NCBI GenBank assembly: GCA_964188305.1 | Contig: OZ076887.1 | Source of the DNA: Podarcis bocagei | Lineage: Eukaryota | Length of the DNA: 64,000 nt | Reading direction: 5' to 3' (one strand) | Shown: positions 23,759 through 38,100 of the stretch, in pieces | How positions within the stretch are numbered: the stretch's first letter is position 1 | How the letters are laid out: each line of letters begins with the position of its first letter | Program-made: the position numbers and the translations under genes | The notes under the pieces: generated by a model | What the model saw: the letters and a program-made list of their open reading frames with translations, nothing else | What the model was told of the DNA's origin: nothing | The model's database searches: none

Positions 23759-26302
23759 TTAATAGAGGCTAAACACAAAACGAGGACAACCACCCAGCTA
23801 ACATTTTGAAAGATGAGAAAGTTGCCGGTTTTGACCTCCAAAGCCCCAAATGGCCTGGGAGCAGAATATTTCAATAACCACTTCGCCTAGCTGAGGATGC
23901 CAAAGAATTTCACTCCCACCTCGGAGACTCTTTTCTAGCATCCAGCTGTAGTGTGTGGGGTGGGGGCCTGTGTCTGAGAGACATGTTATGCCTGCAATAA
24001 AAACTCCCCTCTCTGGGTGTGGCTCCTTCTATAGCTCAGTAGGAACTAGTTGAAACCTTAGCATTACCTATGTTAGCAAATCCTAGCTGCTATGCAAAGT
24101 TCTTGATTGGTTGTTCGCAAATGACATTTTCCTGACTCCTGCTGCTTCCTGGTATTATTGCAAAGTTTCCTCAGAGTGTATAGGCTTCTGAAATCCACCT
24201 GATAACTATACCTGCCATCAGAAATATCAGTTGTCAAACTTTTTGAAATCTTCAGAGTGCACTGTGGGTGCTATAACAAAATGGTTACTATGAAGGGAGC
24301 ATTCATGACTGCTATTTGGTGGATGAGTACTAAAGATTAAGCATTTGGGGCTGTTTTATCCAAAATATAGAACACCTAAGCCTGGCCCAATCACTGTTCA
24401 CTAGTAAAGCAAAGATGGCTTTATTTTAGCAGGTCTTTCAATAATATTGCTTTTCTTAACTCCTGCTGTGTAGTAAATTGTTACAGATCATTTGAACTCT
24501 TATTCTATTGTTGATTGCTTTATTCTTTTAAAACCACCTCAACTATATGTGTAATGCAGAAAAAAGAAGAGAGAAGTGGCAAAAACCAATAGTGAAAGGC
24601 AGCCTGAGCTCTTCAAATTCCCATGAGGACAAGGACTTTTTACGGTGCATGGAATGTAAATCAAGTGTGTTTTATGCATTTCCTCAGAATAAAGTTTCTT
24701 CCGATAGCTTTGCCATGAAAATGTTCCAAATAAATTCTAAGTTAGCCAAGTCCAAATATCTGTGGCTGCTCCAACATGCTCGTATTTCAGATACAAATGA
24801 TTAAACCTTGCCCAGGAGTTTCCATAAGCCAATGCTTTTTAAAATGAAATCTTCCAAGCACTCCACTGTGAGCTGTAAAAGGTGTGATTTCAGAGCACAC
24901 TTGAAACCAAATCATGTCATATATGGCTATTTGCCCTGCCTACACCCCCCCCCCCACCATTCCGAACATGCCAAAAGAGATATACTGTACCATGGACAGA
25001 AGATTCAGCTCCAGTTGGGATGTCCAACTGGGCAATGTTAGTACAAGTTAGGTAATGAAGAAAACATGAGTGCTAGTAACTCTGCCATTTTTCATTAATA
25101 ATAATGCAGCACAGCAGCTTACCTGTACATACACGAGCAGTAGTCTTGGAAGTGTGAGCTGGGCCTCTGTAGGAAAGCAAGGATAATGGCTCTTTTCTAC
25201 CTGGTAGCATCACTAAGGGCAGGAGAATGAGGCTCTGCCCCTTTCATTCTTTCTAAATGCAAATTATTCCTAACCACAAATTGCTTTGAAGCATTCTCTG
25301 CTACACACCTTCACTTTCCCTTTGACACTTGTAGCCTGAGGATAAGAACAAGCATTGCCATTCCAGTAAAGGAAAAAGTTGGGAGGAACTTGTGCTCTCC
25401 AAAATCTGCTCGGGATGAGCACCAAGAATGAACTCCTGAAAATCTGCTAACAGGTTCCTTCCTGGGTATCATCTTAAATAAATAAATAATCTAGCATGGT
25501 CCTAAGCACTGTACTGAACTGAACCCTTACGTGTTGTTTTGGAGAAGATCCAGGGGAAAAAACAAATGGGGGGGGGGGGGATTCAGCCTTATTAACTAAA
25601 TCGTTGTGTAGCTCCATTACAAAAGCACTTTCCTATGATGACCGTGGCATGATTCGGGTGAGAGAACATTGCAGCAATGGAGACCTGTCATGACCCAAGA
25701 ATGGCAGCTGCCATTTATTTGAAGAGGTGAAAGTAGCAAGCAGAATAGTCAGGAGAGTAGTAGGGCCTCCATCTTTGGGCTGGCTGCCAAGCCTGCTAAG
25801 GGGGTTAGGGGGAATCAATTAGATGTTCCAATTTCACCAATGGATTCATTGCTCAATTACATGCAGTAAGAAAATGAAGTCTCTTCAGTGGAGATGAGCA
25901 CCTGGTTATTTCAAGCAAAGGGAACATATAATGGTCTAAGCGCAGAAGGCGTCTTCTTTTTATTTCATTCTGTGTCATGACACAGTCATGTACCCCTGTA
26001 GAATTGCACGGCAGCACCTGCCCTGCAGATCTGTATATTGAAAGGAGATGGCCTTCCCTGAATGCCAAATCCTTCTATTCTCATACAGTTATCTGGCACT
26101 ACCATGGCATTAAAGGTCTTTAAATTGCTTTTAAAAAAAAACCTGAATCAAAATGTGTCAAAGCACGTATTTCCCCAATTTTAGCCTAAGTTTCATGTTT
26201 ACAAACATCAAAAATGACATAGCACTATAAATTTTGCAACTATCGTAAATCTTTAAGAACAGACGAGCACAAGCGTTATTAAAATGAACTAATAATCGTG
26301 TT

Positions 26303-26308
26303 TTTATT
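26303..26308 (-). terminator. Candidate ESF1 polyadenylation signal AATAAA (3' UTR ~700 nt)
   Basis: TTTATT on the + strand ~700 nt past the stop codon. Confidence 0.55.
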
Positions 26309-27008
26309 TACAGTTGTACAAATCATACATTCAAGGCAGTCATACCATGTTTTCAGTTAATCCATTTTGCTAACAAGTTTGCAACTGCAAAATATTCAGT
26401 ACACCATTATTGGGGGGGGGGGAGCGAACCCTTGTCTAACAAGGACGAGGAACCATTTGGTTGCTGAACTAAATCCAACTCCCATCAGCCCATGCAAGCA
26501 TGGCCAATGGCCAGGAGTGGTGGGACTTGCAGTTCAGCAACATAAGTAGGGCCAAAGGCTCCCCATACTGGGCTTATACCACCTCTCAAACACCAGTTAC
26601 CAGCTGCATATTATAAAATTGGCAAAGACTTGAGTCCTATCGGGAGAATTCTGTCTGAATGCACGGCAAACAATCACATGAAAGAGAGCAGGAGTACACT
26701 GCCAAGCCCTCCCACCATGTCGCTGTCTTCTGATGGCAAGTTGGAGAGTGACTTAAAACCTTGCTCTCCCTTGCATCTATGGACAGAATTAAAGGTCTGG
26801 TTTTTTTTTATGAAACTGAATTGTCTGAACTATATTTGGCTATGTTACATGTATATTTTAAGGTTACCTTGTCCGAAAATCATTTGGCAGATATTTTTGC
26901 TAGAATTTAAACTTGAATTAGCAGAAAAGTTTGGTCTTCACCTGTAAATTAACATCAACTCTGATTTCTTCAGAAGTCCAGTTTCCATCTTCAATGTTTG
27001 AGCTCTGC

Positions 27009-27290
27009 TTATTTCACTTTCTGTTTCTTCCTTGCTTGAAACTGTTCTGTTTTATTCTTGACGGACTTGATTAGCCTTGACAATGCAGGATCTATGGATT
27101 TCTTGGCTGCAGGCTCTGCCATATTGTTCCCTCCCCCAGCTGCCTCAGCAAAACCTTGCTCTCTTCGACGAGCTTTCTCCTCCAAAATCTTTTCCACTGC
27201 TTTTGTTTTCTTAAAGTTTGGATCCGAAGGATCCAAATTAAACAAATGAGAGGTATACATGGCTTGGAATCTGGCATCAGCAACATTAAC
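27009..27290 (-). CDS. ESF1: ESF1 exon 14 (last coding exon; VNVADARFQAMYTSHLFNLDPSDPNFKKTKA...RKKQKVK*; NUC153-region)
   Basis: Matches recalled ESF1 C-terminus; cag| acceptor; TAA stop at 27009-27011. Confidence 0.97.
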   Translation of the reverse strand, partial: VNVADARFQAMYTSHLFNLDPSDPNFKKTKAVEKILEEKARRREQGFAEAAGGGNNMAEPAAKKSIDPALSRLIKSVKNKTEQFQARKKQKVK

Positions 27291-27745
27291 CTGCGAAGAG
27301 CAAGAGAGGATGCTTTAACTGCAATAGCTAAAAAAAAGTAGGAGAAAAATGTGCCCTGCAGGATAGTTGTTAATCAAGAATCTAGATCTTAAGGAAATGT
27401 GAAAATGCAACAGCCTGTTTTAAATATTAATTTTGACCCATACAAAAATAGGTTTATTTCATTCCAGGAAGGCGGCATTATTTGGGCCTCAGGAAAGTCC
27501 TAGGAATTTTTCTTCTAGATAGCATATCCGCCCCCCCCCCGCCATAAACACAAAAAAGGATGTAAAACTTTTTTGATTTCTGACACCAAGCTCAAGATCT
27601 GCAACTCAATCCTTTAACTGTCCCTTTGGATAGAATGATATAAAATGTGTTTTTGCATAAATCGTAATATAGTTATTGATCTACTTTAACACAAAATGAC
27701 TAGCACTGTTATTAGACTTCAATAGGGGGAAGCCCGTAGTGTTAC

Positions 27746-27892
27746 CTGGAAGTCATCTGTCAGCAGTTCCTTCTTTTTCACCAATAGTTTCTTTTTCTTT
27801 TTGCTCAGGTTCTGCTGCTCCACTATCTTGTCATAATTGAAGTGTCTCCTTTCATCTTCCTCATCATCCATCACCAGCAGAGCCATTTCAGC
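27746..27892 (-). CDS. ESF1: ESF1 exon 13 (AEMALLVMDD...LLTDDFQ)
   Basis: 147 nt, phase 0/0, cag| and |gtaac; matches ESF1. Confidence 0.96.
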
Positions 27893-28619
27893 CTGTTACA
27901 ATCAAAACAGATAGGATCTGTTTGCACAACATTTCACCGGATATGGGCTGCAGATGTTTCTGTGCCTCATCTAAAGGTTTGGGTTGCTAATGCATAATAG
28001 CAAGAGTTATAATTGCCTCATCGGTGCCTGAATGACAGCCTACCAGCAAGATACTCTGATCTTTCTAACGGAATACCAATATATAAGCATCATTAATAAA
28101 TGTGAACAATAAAAGAAAAACTTCAAAACTAGATCATCCATCTCATGGTTTGTTTTTGCAACTCATTACTTTTTGCAGATTTATTACCATGTAGTTTCCA
28201 TTTTTAAGGTAAATGCAACAAATCATTCCGTCACCCAATGCAACTTTGCGGTAATGTTAACACTCCTAACCCCAGGACCTCATTCCGATGTCTAATCTTT
28301 TTTTCTTTTTCTTTTTGAAGGGTTAGGGTTTATTTCTCTTCATAATTTTGCAGTCCAGTCTTAGCCCAGAAATGAAGATCTGATGATTTCAATGTGACAA
28401 ACACCTTCGATTTACACATACAAAATGTTAATGATTCCACGGAAATAAATATTTTTAAATGTACTGAAAACATTTTAAAATGTGTGCTACTGGTGTAATT
28501 ATCAAATAAACCCTAACCCTTTTCTTTTATATTCATCTTTTTTTTGTATGAGCAAGAAAGCAATTACAGCTGTTAACCGATGTCTAATCTTAATACTACT
28601 TCAGCATGTAATCTACTAC

Positions 28620-28687
28620 CTTCTGCTTTTCCATGTCATCTTCATTTTCTTGGGCATTTTCTTCTTTCTTGGACTTCTTATTTGAAC
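28620..28687 (-). CDS. ESF1: ESF1 exon 12 (GSNKKSKKEENAQENEDDMEKQK)
   Basis: 68 nt, phase 1 to 0, tag| and |gtagta; needed to keep frame between exons 11 and 13. Confidence 0.85.
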
Positions 28688-31600
28688 CTAATTATAAGCA
28701 CAACACAAATAAACAGCAAGTTTTTAAATATCCAAGCGTAACCAGATTGGCGACACTGCAAGAATGTATGCTCACTCTCCTGAATGCACGCTGCAGAAGA
28801 CAGTTACATTTCTTTGAGGAACGTCAGCTGGAAATCAACACGAAGATGCCCACAGAAAATGGCCAGAGCCTTTTCCAGCTATGAGCAAGTAGAGGGAGTT
28901 GTTAGAGCAGGGGTTGCCAACCTGGTGCCTACAGGCACCATGGGGCCCGTGAAGGTTTTCAGAGGTGCCCCTGTGCAGGTGCTCCAGATCCGAGCTTTCA
29001 TTTTTTAAAGAAGTAAGTCTCTAGCCCTCTTAGAAAGAAAGTTATAGGGAGAAATGTGCAGGTACCTTCAAAAGGATTTCTTTGCAACGAGAGTGGTGTA
29101 GCTACCTTTTATATTTTTCTTGGTATTGAGGAATGTTCCCTGTTGTTAGTAGGCAGCAACAGCATCAGTGTGTGTGATCTTCATAGTCAGGGACAGCAGG
29201 ACATTCCCAAGGGTGGTTCTCTCTCTTATTTTGTGTTCTGCCACCCTCCTCATGACAGCCATTTTGTGTTATGCCATGCCTCACAGCAGCCATATCAGGA
29301 CCAGGACCTCCAGCATTTTCTCAAAACTGAAAATGTGTTAACAAGTCCAAAAATCTGCATTGATTTATTTCTAGAATCTAAATTCAAAATCCATCTTCAA
29401 AAGGATGTATTGTTTTACAGGTTCCCAATAGGTGCTTGTTAGGGGAAAGGAAAGAGTTTCCTTCTGAAAGAATCAAGCTTTTAAAATATGAAGTTAAGTG
29501 TGTGCCACATACAAGCTGCATTCACACAGCAATAAGTGAAACTTTCTGGCTTAATGTAGTTTATCTGAAACAAGCAGCGTGCATGCTGCCTGATTGTTCC
29601 AGTTTCTCTCCTCCCCTAGTGCGAGCAGGATAAACAATAAAGCTACAAGTTTTAAGAAACCCTGGCTCCCTGTTATCTCTGAACCAAGCAATGGGGTTTA
29701 CTGTTCCCTAGCAAGTCATGATTACCAAGTCCACAACGAAGTATGGTTTCAGGTTGGCTAGTGATCATGCTTTGTTAGGGAGTAACAACACATCCATCAT
29801 CCTTTGATCAGACAGAACAGGAATCAAAGGATTCCTGGTTTCTTTATGTTACTCATGCCAGGTAAAGTGAGAGTGACTGGGCAGTGAGCACAAGGAAGTC
29901 TGACTAATTGTTACAGGTGAACACACATCATACGATGAAGAAGAACCCAAATCATGCTCCAGGCAGCATATGAAAGGGGCACCCCTCTAAAATTATGTGC
30001 AGTATACATTACGTAAAAGCTGCTCTTTTTCTGCCCCATGTACAGAACTCATTCTAACCAATTCCCCAAAGAAATATGTTTTTCTGTTGAAGTGCAAAAT
30101 TGCCTGTGGCATGAGACATTTTGAAACAAGCAAACCACAATGCTGCATGTGTCTCCAGACTTGGTTTCCAGGAATCAAAAGAGAACAACAATCAAATCAA
30201 TCATCTTATAAAAAACTGTTCAGGTATGATAAAACACAGAATATATTATGTGTTCGTAACAGTAACAATCCCCTGCAGTTTGAACTTTGTTTTATAGGCC
30301 AATCAGGCCCAATTGCTCTCAATTTGTTTTCCATCATCGGCCAGTAGGAAATATGCATTTTGTCTTTTGCTGAAAAAATAAATTCACTACTGAAAAGTTA
30401 ATAATCAGGTTGGAACAGTCATGAAAGTATTTTACAGCAATGCCTTGGAGCCAGGCTCAGTTGTAGCAATTTGCTATTTTACTTGATGTTCCACAGCCAG
30501 CAGATTGCTTTTTCAAACCTTAAAACACATTTGAACATTAAATGAAACCTTTAAAACATTGTTAGAGAGAAACACAAAATGCATTACTTGAATTATTAGC
30601 TGAATATATGTGCTCAAATTCCAGCTACAACACTTAGTTTTATAAAACTCAATGGGTGTGGGTTAGGGCATTTAAGAACCTACTAAGGAAAAGATCTGTG
30701 GTTGCCCCAAAACTTTCAGCGACAATCTGGAGAGCTGTCTGAGTTAACTTGGCTGTTTAATAGGGATTCGACTTGTTTTAAATTGTAAGCCACCCCCTGG
30801 GAAAACTGCTTTAGAACCTTGGAGGCATTTTCCAAAGAAGCTTATGGAAGCAGCATGGAGGAATGCTTTTCAAAAGGAATTTATAAATCTTGCTAGGGAC
30901 TCCAGAAATAGCTATTTGAAATATGGTGGCTTTCATTGTCAGGAACTATTTCAGTAAGGATCAGTTCTACAATGGTTACTTTAATGTAACATAGTACAAC
31001 CACCTATCAACTGCAGAAGGGTATATATAGTTTATTTTTCTCAACGTTGAAGGAACATAAGAATTTACTTAGCTGTGAATTCTCCTCCTGTTTTATTTCC
31101 CTAGACGGTGGTCTAGAATTCAGGGGTGGGGTCTTTAGAAGAGAGGTGGACTAGGAGGTATTTCCCATATTGCCATTATATCATGCGCTATTTTTACAAA
31201 GCAGAAGTCAAAATCCCATAACCCAGCTCGCTTGACAGAAGACACATAAGTAGGCTAACAGGTGGGAGCTGATCAAATCATAAAGGAAACTCAAGCAACA
31301 CAATTTAGCCGTGGGCGTGGGGGAGAGAAGCCATTTCACTCACTAAGGAAAATTATACTGAATTTTGATGCTAGGGTGGGAGAAATATCGGGGCCCTCCT
31401 TGTGTGATGTTTTAGCTTCCTAAAAATAGTATTTTATCAGTTTGCCAGATGACCTGGAGGCTACATTCTTCCCTAACATCTCCCCTTCAAAAGAACTAAA
31501 ATTCTCCCACTATTGGCAAATGACAACTACTCCGTGTTCCTGCTCCTCCCATCCTGGTGGTATTCCTTCTCTCATGCTTCACTGGGCAGCCACTCTAGCA

Positions 31601-31866
31601 GGACACATTACAAAGGAAGTAGCTTCTAAGTATTATTTTTGTTTGTACCTGTCCTACTAATGCTGCCTGACTCTCAAGGATTTCCTCTGCCTAATTTCTC
31701 TAGCTCTTCTCAGTTTAGAATTTCCTATAAATGCCTTGATTTCTTAACCACCACCTAAGCAAAAATACAACCCATCCACTGATCGTTTTAGTTGCTCTTT
31801 CCTATAACTTTTTCTGTTTTCAATATTCTTTCTGACACCAAAAGTGTGGCAAAAACTTATTATATA

Positions 31867-32108
31867 TAGTGGTACGTCTGGTTAAGAACTTAATTCGTTC
31901 TGGAGGTCCGTTCTTAACCTGAAACTGTTCTTAACCTGAGGTACTACTTTAGCTAATAGGGCCTCCCACTGCTGCTGCGCCGCCGGCATGCGATTTCTGT
32001 TCTCATCCTGAAGCAAAGTTCTTAACCCGAGGTACTATTTCTGAGTTAGTGGAGTCTGTAACCTGACGCGTCTGTAACCTGAAGCATCTGTAACCCGAGG
32101 TACCACAG
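31867..32108. mobile_element. Tigger/pogo-like MITE (family A)
   Basis: Same interior; TA flanks. Confidence 0.86.
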
Positions 32109-32369
32109 TACTGGAAAATGCATTTGCCACTTTTTCCCCATGACATGCTGATCTGACATTCTAAAATGAACCAAAAGTATTCTGCTGCATAGCTGCAATC
32201 CATTTAGAGCCTCATCAGCAAGCATGGTTAGATTCCTAAGGGTTCATCATCACATCTTATGACTGAAGGATCTTTAGGAGCCTTTGGAAAGGGAATTTGT
32301 CAACATTTCTATGAAAATCTTAGTACGTGATATCTACTTGACCACCTTTCACAATAAATGACATCTAAC

Positions 32370-32460
32370 CTGCTTTCCCAAGTTCCTCAGCAAAGTATGG
32401 GTCGTTCAAATCAACATCAGATGGGCATTCATCTTCCGTTAGTGTTTCGTCAGCAGCCGC
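32370..32460 (-). CDS. ESF1: ESF1 exon 11 (AAADETLTEDECPSDVDLNDPYFAEELGKA)
   Basis: PSDVDLNDPYFAEE motif; 91 nt, phase 0 to 1. Confidence 0.94.
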
Positions 32461-32813
32461 CTGAAACAAAACACATTGCATTTCAGTTACTAAACACCAG
32501 CAGTGCATTAGTAATACAAGTAAATATAATATACAAACACAAAGTTTCCAAATAAAAGTTTCAAGGAGTAACCTCAGGGTGGATATTTGCAACACAGGAG
32601 GAAAGTGATTTAAGATGGCTGCTTTCACCGAAATCAAAGCCACTATAGGACTGTAGGCATCAATATGGGCTTCATTAACGATTACATGAACACATACACA
32701 AATTTCAATGCTTTATTGACTTTTGAGTGATTGGTTTCATGGAGAATAGCTCTTTCTCCCTTCCTCAGAACCCTTCAACAGTGAGCAGCTGCCGTGCAGT
32801 AGACAAGCAACTA

Positions 32814-33043
32814 CAGTGGTACCTCTGGTTACGTACTTAATTCGTTCCGGAGGTCCGTTCTTAACCTGAAACTGTTCTTAACCTGAAGACCACTTTAGCT
32901 AATGGGGCCTCCCGCTGCTGCCGCGCAATTTCTGTTCTCATCCTGAAGCAAAGTTCTTAACCTGAGGTACTATTTCTGGGTTAGCAGAGTCTGTAACCTG
33001 AAGCGGATGTAACCTGAAGCATATGTAACCCGAGGTACCACTG
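32814..33043. mobile_element. Tigger/pogo-like MITE (family A)
   Basis: TA|CAGTGGTACCTC...GAGGTACCACTG|TA. Confidence 0.88.
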
Positions 33044-35019
33044 TAATGTGTTTGCAAGAACACATCTATCTTTCAGCTGTCTCATACAAGAGGTACCATT
33101 TGTTACTAACCTTCTCCTAGTGATCAACAATTGTTCCTAAACAAATAGCACCCGCTGTACCTTTCTGTATAGAAGCCACTGCTAGCTGGATAGAGCTGGA
33201 AGGTAAGTATTACCAAAGCCGGGACCTTCAGCAATATTTCCCTGCAGAAAGCATTTGTAGCAGAAGTCTTCTTTGCCCTCCAGATGTTGCTGAACTACAA
33301 CTCCAAACAGCCCAGCAAGCATGGCTAATAGTTCAGCAACATCTGGAAGGCCAAAGATTCCCAGACCACTCTTTAGAGACATACATCATTTGACTTACGT
33401 TTAGGATAATTACGAAAAGAATATATGGAAGAGTAAAGCAATACAGTGCAGTGGGTGTGTTATCAAGTGTAGATATGAGAAATTCGGGTGCAATTTCACA
33501 CTTGATCTTAAAGGAAATCACAATCTCTTAGCCTAACCTCTCTTCCAAGATAAGTTATGAGGATAATATGATGCAATCTCTCTATAATGCCTTGTTCTTC
33601 CTTGCAGGAAGTGCAGGTTATTAATGCGATAAAGCAAATAATTAGGATTCAATGAGGCAAACAAGAAAAAGAATCAATGAACCAATCAATGAATCAAGAC
33701 ATTGAACCCAAGGTCATAACCATGTGAGCAATGTCTTGGGCAAATGCTACATTTTCAACAATCGCTGATCCAACACAGAAACATCTTACCAAAAAATAAC
33801 CTATTAGAATTGTGAGATCATCATCTCCAGAATAAATGTACTCCGAAGCACAGTTGTCTGTTCAACAGAATTCCTTGGCTGACATATTCAGAAATAATGG
33901 ACATCCATATGGAGTCAACACTCTCAGAGTAATAAAAGGCCAGCCTCAAAATTAAGCAATGTCTGGCACCCCTCTTGTTGACTTTAGAGGAACAATGAAG
34001 AAAATTCTATCATCATGGGGACACTGCCATTAGTTTTCCAAAAGAAACCCAAAATGTATATTTCTTTGAAGACTTTCCCAGCATTAGAGATACGCTTTTA
34101 AAATTCTGCAGGCAAAATTTGCTCACCACTTAAGACTTTGGACAAAGCTACAATTCTCATCCAAGGCTTGGCAGCTCCAACATGACATTTCAGCAAGAAT
34201 GACCATTCCCTTTAGCAATGCAGAACTTATCAAGGACACAGGATCAAAGGAGGATTTTCTGGATAGGCTAATACACTTATTTTCCTTTAATCACAACTTA
34301 AAAAAAAAATAAAAATCCCATGGCTGCCAAAGGCAATGAAAAGCGCTCAGGCCTGTTATGACTTAGTGCTACCTTGATCAATCACTTGCCTACTCTCAAG
34401 CTTTCTGTTAAAGCACTTTGAAAATAATGTATCTAAGAGGAATAGAACACAAGTTGTAAAGCTGTGTTCCAGGGAACTCATGGTTCCTTTGAGGCTTTTA
34501 TCAGGGGTTCCTCAGCAACAGTGGGAAAGATTCCACATGAACCTGCCAGTACAGCAAGACAGCACCAGACGCTCTCCTCAACATGCCTGCCTCCGCTAGC
34601 TGAGATGTAGTGAATGGCAATGGAGCCGAGCCTTTTCAGCGATGCCAACTTGCTTGTGAAATGCCCTCTCTGAGAGGCTCACACTGAGTTGAACTGGCAT
34701 ATAAGTTTGCTTTTTAAGCTGCTGCTTTTACTTTTGTTATTTTATAACATTAGTTTTTTGCTGTAAAATGTCTGCAGCTGCTCTGGAAATCATTTTTTGA
34801 AGGCTATGGTAGAAAAATTATAAATTAATTAATATCAAGTTTCTCGGAAGACAAGATCGCGTCCACTGTTACTAATCTCCTCTTGCATTGAGCAGCCCCA
34901 AGGGTGTGCTGGCTTTCCAAGCTATATCTGCAGGCATTCCTTGACAGATGAGTTACCCTGGAAAAGGATTCCCCTAAAGAAAATAAATTTGTCAGGCACT
35001 TGATTAAAGTTTTTACTAC

Positions 35020-35141
35020 CTTCTGTTTTTTCTTCAGTTTCCTTTTCTCTTTCTTCTTATCCAAAAACTGTTCCCATGGTGTCAGCGCATCCTTCCCTTC
35101 CAACTTGTTTCTTACCATTTCTTCAGCGCTTTCTTTAAGTC
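35020..35141 (-). CDS. ESF1: ESF1 exon 10 (GLKESAEEMVRNKLEGKDALTPWEQFL...KQK)
   Basis: Matches ESF1; 122 nt, phase 1 to 0. Confidence 0.96.
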
Positions 35142-38100
35142 CTGAGGTCAACCAGAAAAATACATGTAGCCAAGTTAGCTCAATACCTGTATCTGAAAAT
35201 CTGGAGGCAGATAAACATCACACCCGCATGAAGCTACTGTCTGAATAGCAAATCAGAAAATACTACTGGTGAACCAACTGAGGGATTAGAGAGAAGGGGC
35301 TTCATTCTTACTTAGCGGCAATGTCTCAGTGGGTAGTGACAAGAAACATTTCTCCGTCTCTCCAGGACGTTCCTTTGTGGAATTCTGCAAAATGCCATCT
35401 CAGCACCTTATCTATTCTATCTAGCTTTCTGTCTAGATATATATATATGTGTGTGTGGTGCCATTATGAAAGGCTGGAGTCTCTAATATGGAGTTAACAC
35501 CTAGTGTGCACACTTTCTGCCTCCCCCAGTTCTAGCAGTTTTTGTACTGTAGAAAAATGGACAATGAATATGGCAAGGACAGGGGCATCCCTAACAACTG
35601 AGATGGAGCTTTTCTTGTCCTCCATCAATAGTCTTGAAGTGCTCCTGGATGTGCAGTTGAATCTGGAAGCTCCAACTGCAACTGTAGCCAAGATTGGCCT
35701 TCCTCTACTCCAGCTGGGAAGAACTGCAATCCTTTTTGCTTGTTCGAGATCTAGAAATTGTAATTCACATTATATTTCATTTCAAGGCCAGCTGGTTGGC
35801 TCTACTTGGGGCTGTGCTCAGAAACGGTGGAAGCCCACTTCTGATTGGCTTGGCAAAAATGCAAGTGCTCTAGATAAGAGACTAACAACTTGAAAAATAC
35901 AGTTAGGTGAAAACAGCAAAAAATCCACATAAGGGTGGATGGCACCCTTCATAAGGGTGGCATAAGGGTGATTATAGTGCTCCATACTAATTTTTTTCTT
36001 GAAAAATGCTCTGCCACCCAAAAAGTTTGAGAAACCATGGCTCTGGAGACTGCACTGATGGACACCTACCCCTTGTCATCCAGGCACAAATTAAAGAGCT
36101 GCTCTTGACAATTAACAACAGATCTATATGCAGGCTGCTAAAATTATTTAATCTGCTTTGTTGTTTTTAATTTATCCATTTGCTTGATGGTGCATTAGTA
36201 TGCATTTATCACACTTTGAAGGTTAGGTCTATTTGTTTATTATACTTTTACAGTTACTTGGGCTAGACTGGACAATAGATAAATGAGAGACAGAAGGCTT
36301 CTGGTATAACAGGAAATCCAAGATTCAAAGCACTAATTCAGTTATTTAAGAATTAGTTTAGAAAAATCAGAGAAATTTAAACAAAGTGGCTATTACTAAA
36401 ATCAAGTGCAAATTAGTCAGAATAGATAGGCAGACAGAATTTATCAAGTTCTTCGTATATTAATTTTCATTAGCAGCTGCAAGAACAGAAAGATCAAAAG
36501 AAGATGATGTTGCTATCGTCTACCAGTGTATACTCCCAGAGGGAGCTGAAATCATCAGCCCACTAACTTAAGATTGTCATCTCTCTAGTTCCCTTTCGTC
36601 ATCTTTGTGCACAAGAAGAAATCTTTAAGGGTAGCATTCCCAGACCTGTCAACAGCTAGAAAAAGTTGCATATCATATTGAAATGTTTGATTGAAAGAAA
36701 CATCCTCTTCCCCCAGCCCCATCCAATGACGACTTCATAAGGCCAAAAAAACAAAAAACCCACATCCCATGGGAAAGCATACTACTTGAGTTACAAGAGA
36801 CTAGAAAAGAGCATAAATCAATTTCTTCTAAAATTCAAGTTACCTATCATTAAATGTATTCTCTTCTACAGACACTCTTGGGCTTTCTTGTCCAGCTTCC
36901 TGCAAGCCCCTTGTACCCCTGAGAATCTGCTCCCGAAGGCTGAGCGCCTCCAAAATGGAGAGCTGAAGCTGGTAGTGTGTAGCAACTTTCAATCCAAGAG
37001 TGCACTATTTTACATTTACACACATGCACATTCTGTTTGGACATAATGCCAAACCATGGTTTGATACTAAACATAGTTTAGTGCAAACCAGTTTGCTGTT
37101 ACACCTGAACTGACAAACTATGGTTTGCAATGACCCTGCAAACCAAGACTTCAAACCAGCAAGGTTTGGTGTTACATATGAACCAACACACACAGTTCTT
37201 TATAATGGCCATTAAACAGAGGGCCAGATCTCCATTTCTAAGGTTTAGCTTAGAAACAAGTAATTTTTTTAAAATCTTAAAAGAGGTTCGAAGAGATCAT
37301 TTACCCATAAATGATGGAACTGCATGCACAGCCAAAACTTTCTTTTCCAGGTTTAACTGCTACAGCTACAATTCCTGTTTTTCTAAACAGAACCTTAAAC
37401 GCGGCGTGTTGTGATGTGCTAGCAGTGTAATGCTTTTTCCAGCACAGGGAAAAATAATAATTCTGTCATCCAGGAGGACACACTGCCTTTTCACCTAAGA
37501 CCAAAACTATCATGTCCCTTTAATTATATTTTTTACTGAATGGACATGATGGGAGAAAGAGCTCCGTTGAGATCATGTACTATCCCTATATAAGACATAT
37601 TCTGGTAACTGCAAATATACTAAAATATTATTGTTGTTATTATTATTAGCAGTACTAATGTTATTAGTAGTACTAATATTTCCCACCCTTCATCATATGG
37701 TCCTACAGAAGGTTACAACAATTTTTTAAATGCAATATCAAAATCAGCTAAAAGAAATTACAGCCAAGAGAATGAAGTGGCTCCCATAAGAAGATATCCG
37801 AGATGTCAAAGGCCAGGGGAAAGATAGCTGTTAATAATTTTGGAAACAGTCTGATATGTTTGTTCATGTGAGATATATGCAAATAGTGGTTTTTTAAAAA
37901 TGTACTATTGTGATCTTTATCACCTTGCTGTGGTTGTTTTATTGAGTGACTACTACCCAGAATGAGATCGCTTGATTGACGGACAGATATAAATACTTCA
38001 AATGAAAATAAATAAACTGAATGAGTTTTCCAGATTTCTTAATCAACTGCCTAGAAAATGAAATCAATTGCTCCATCTGGTAAAGTTGGAGTGGAAGGAA

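Noticed and set aside
23870-24200. Possible decayed LTRs (also ~41490-41880)
   Set aside because: LTR-like composition but no clear termini or TSD
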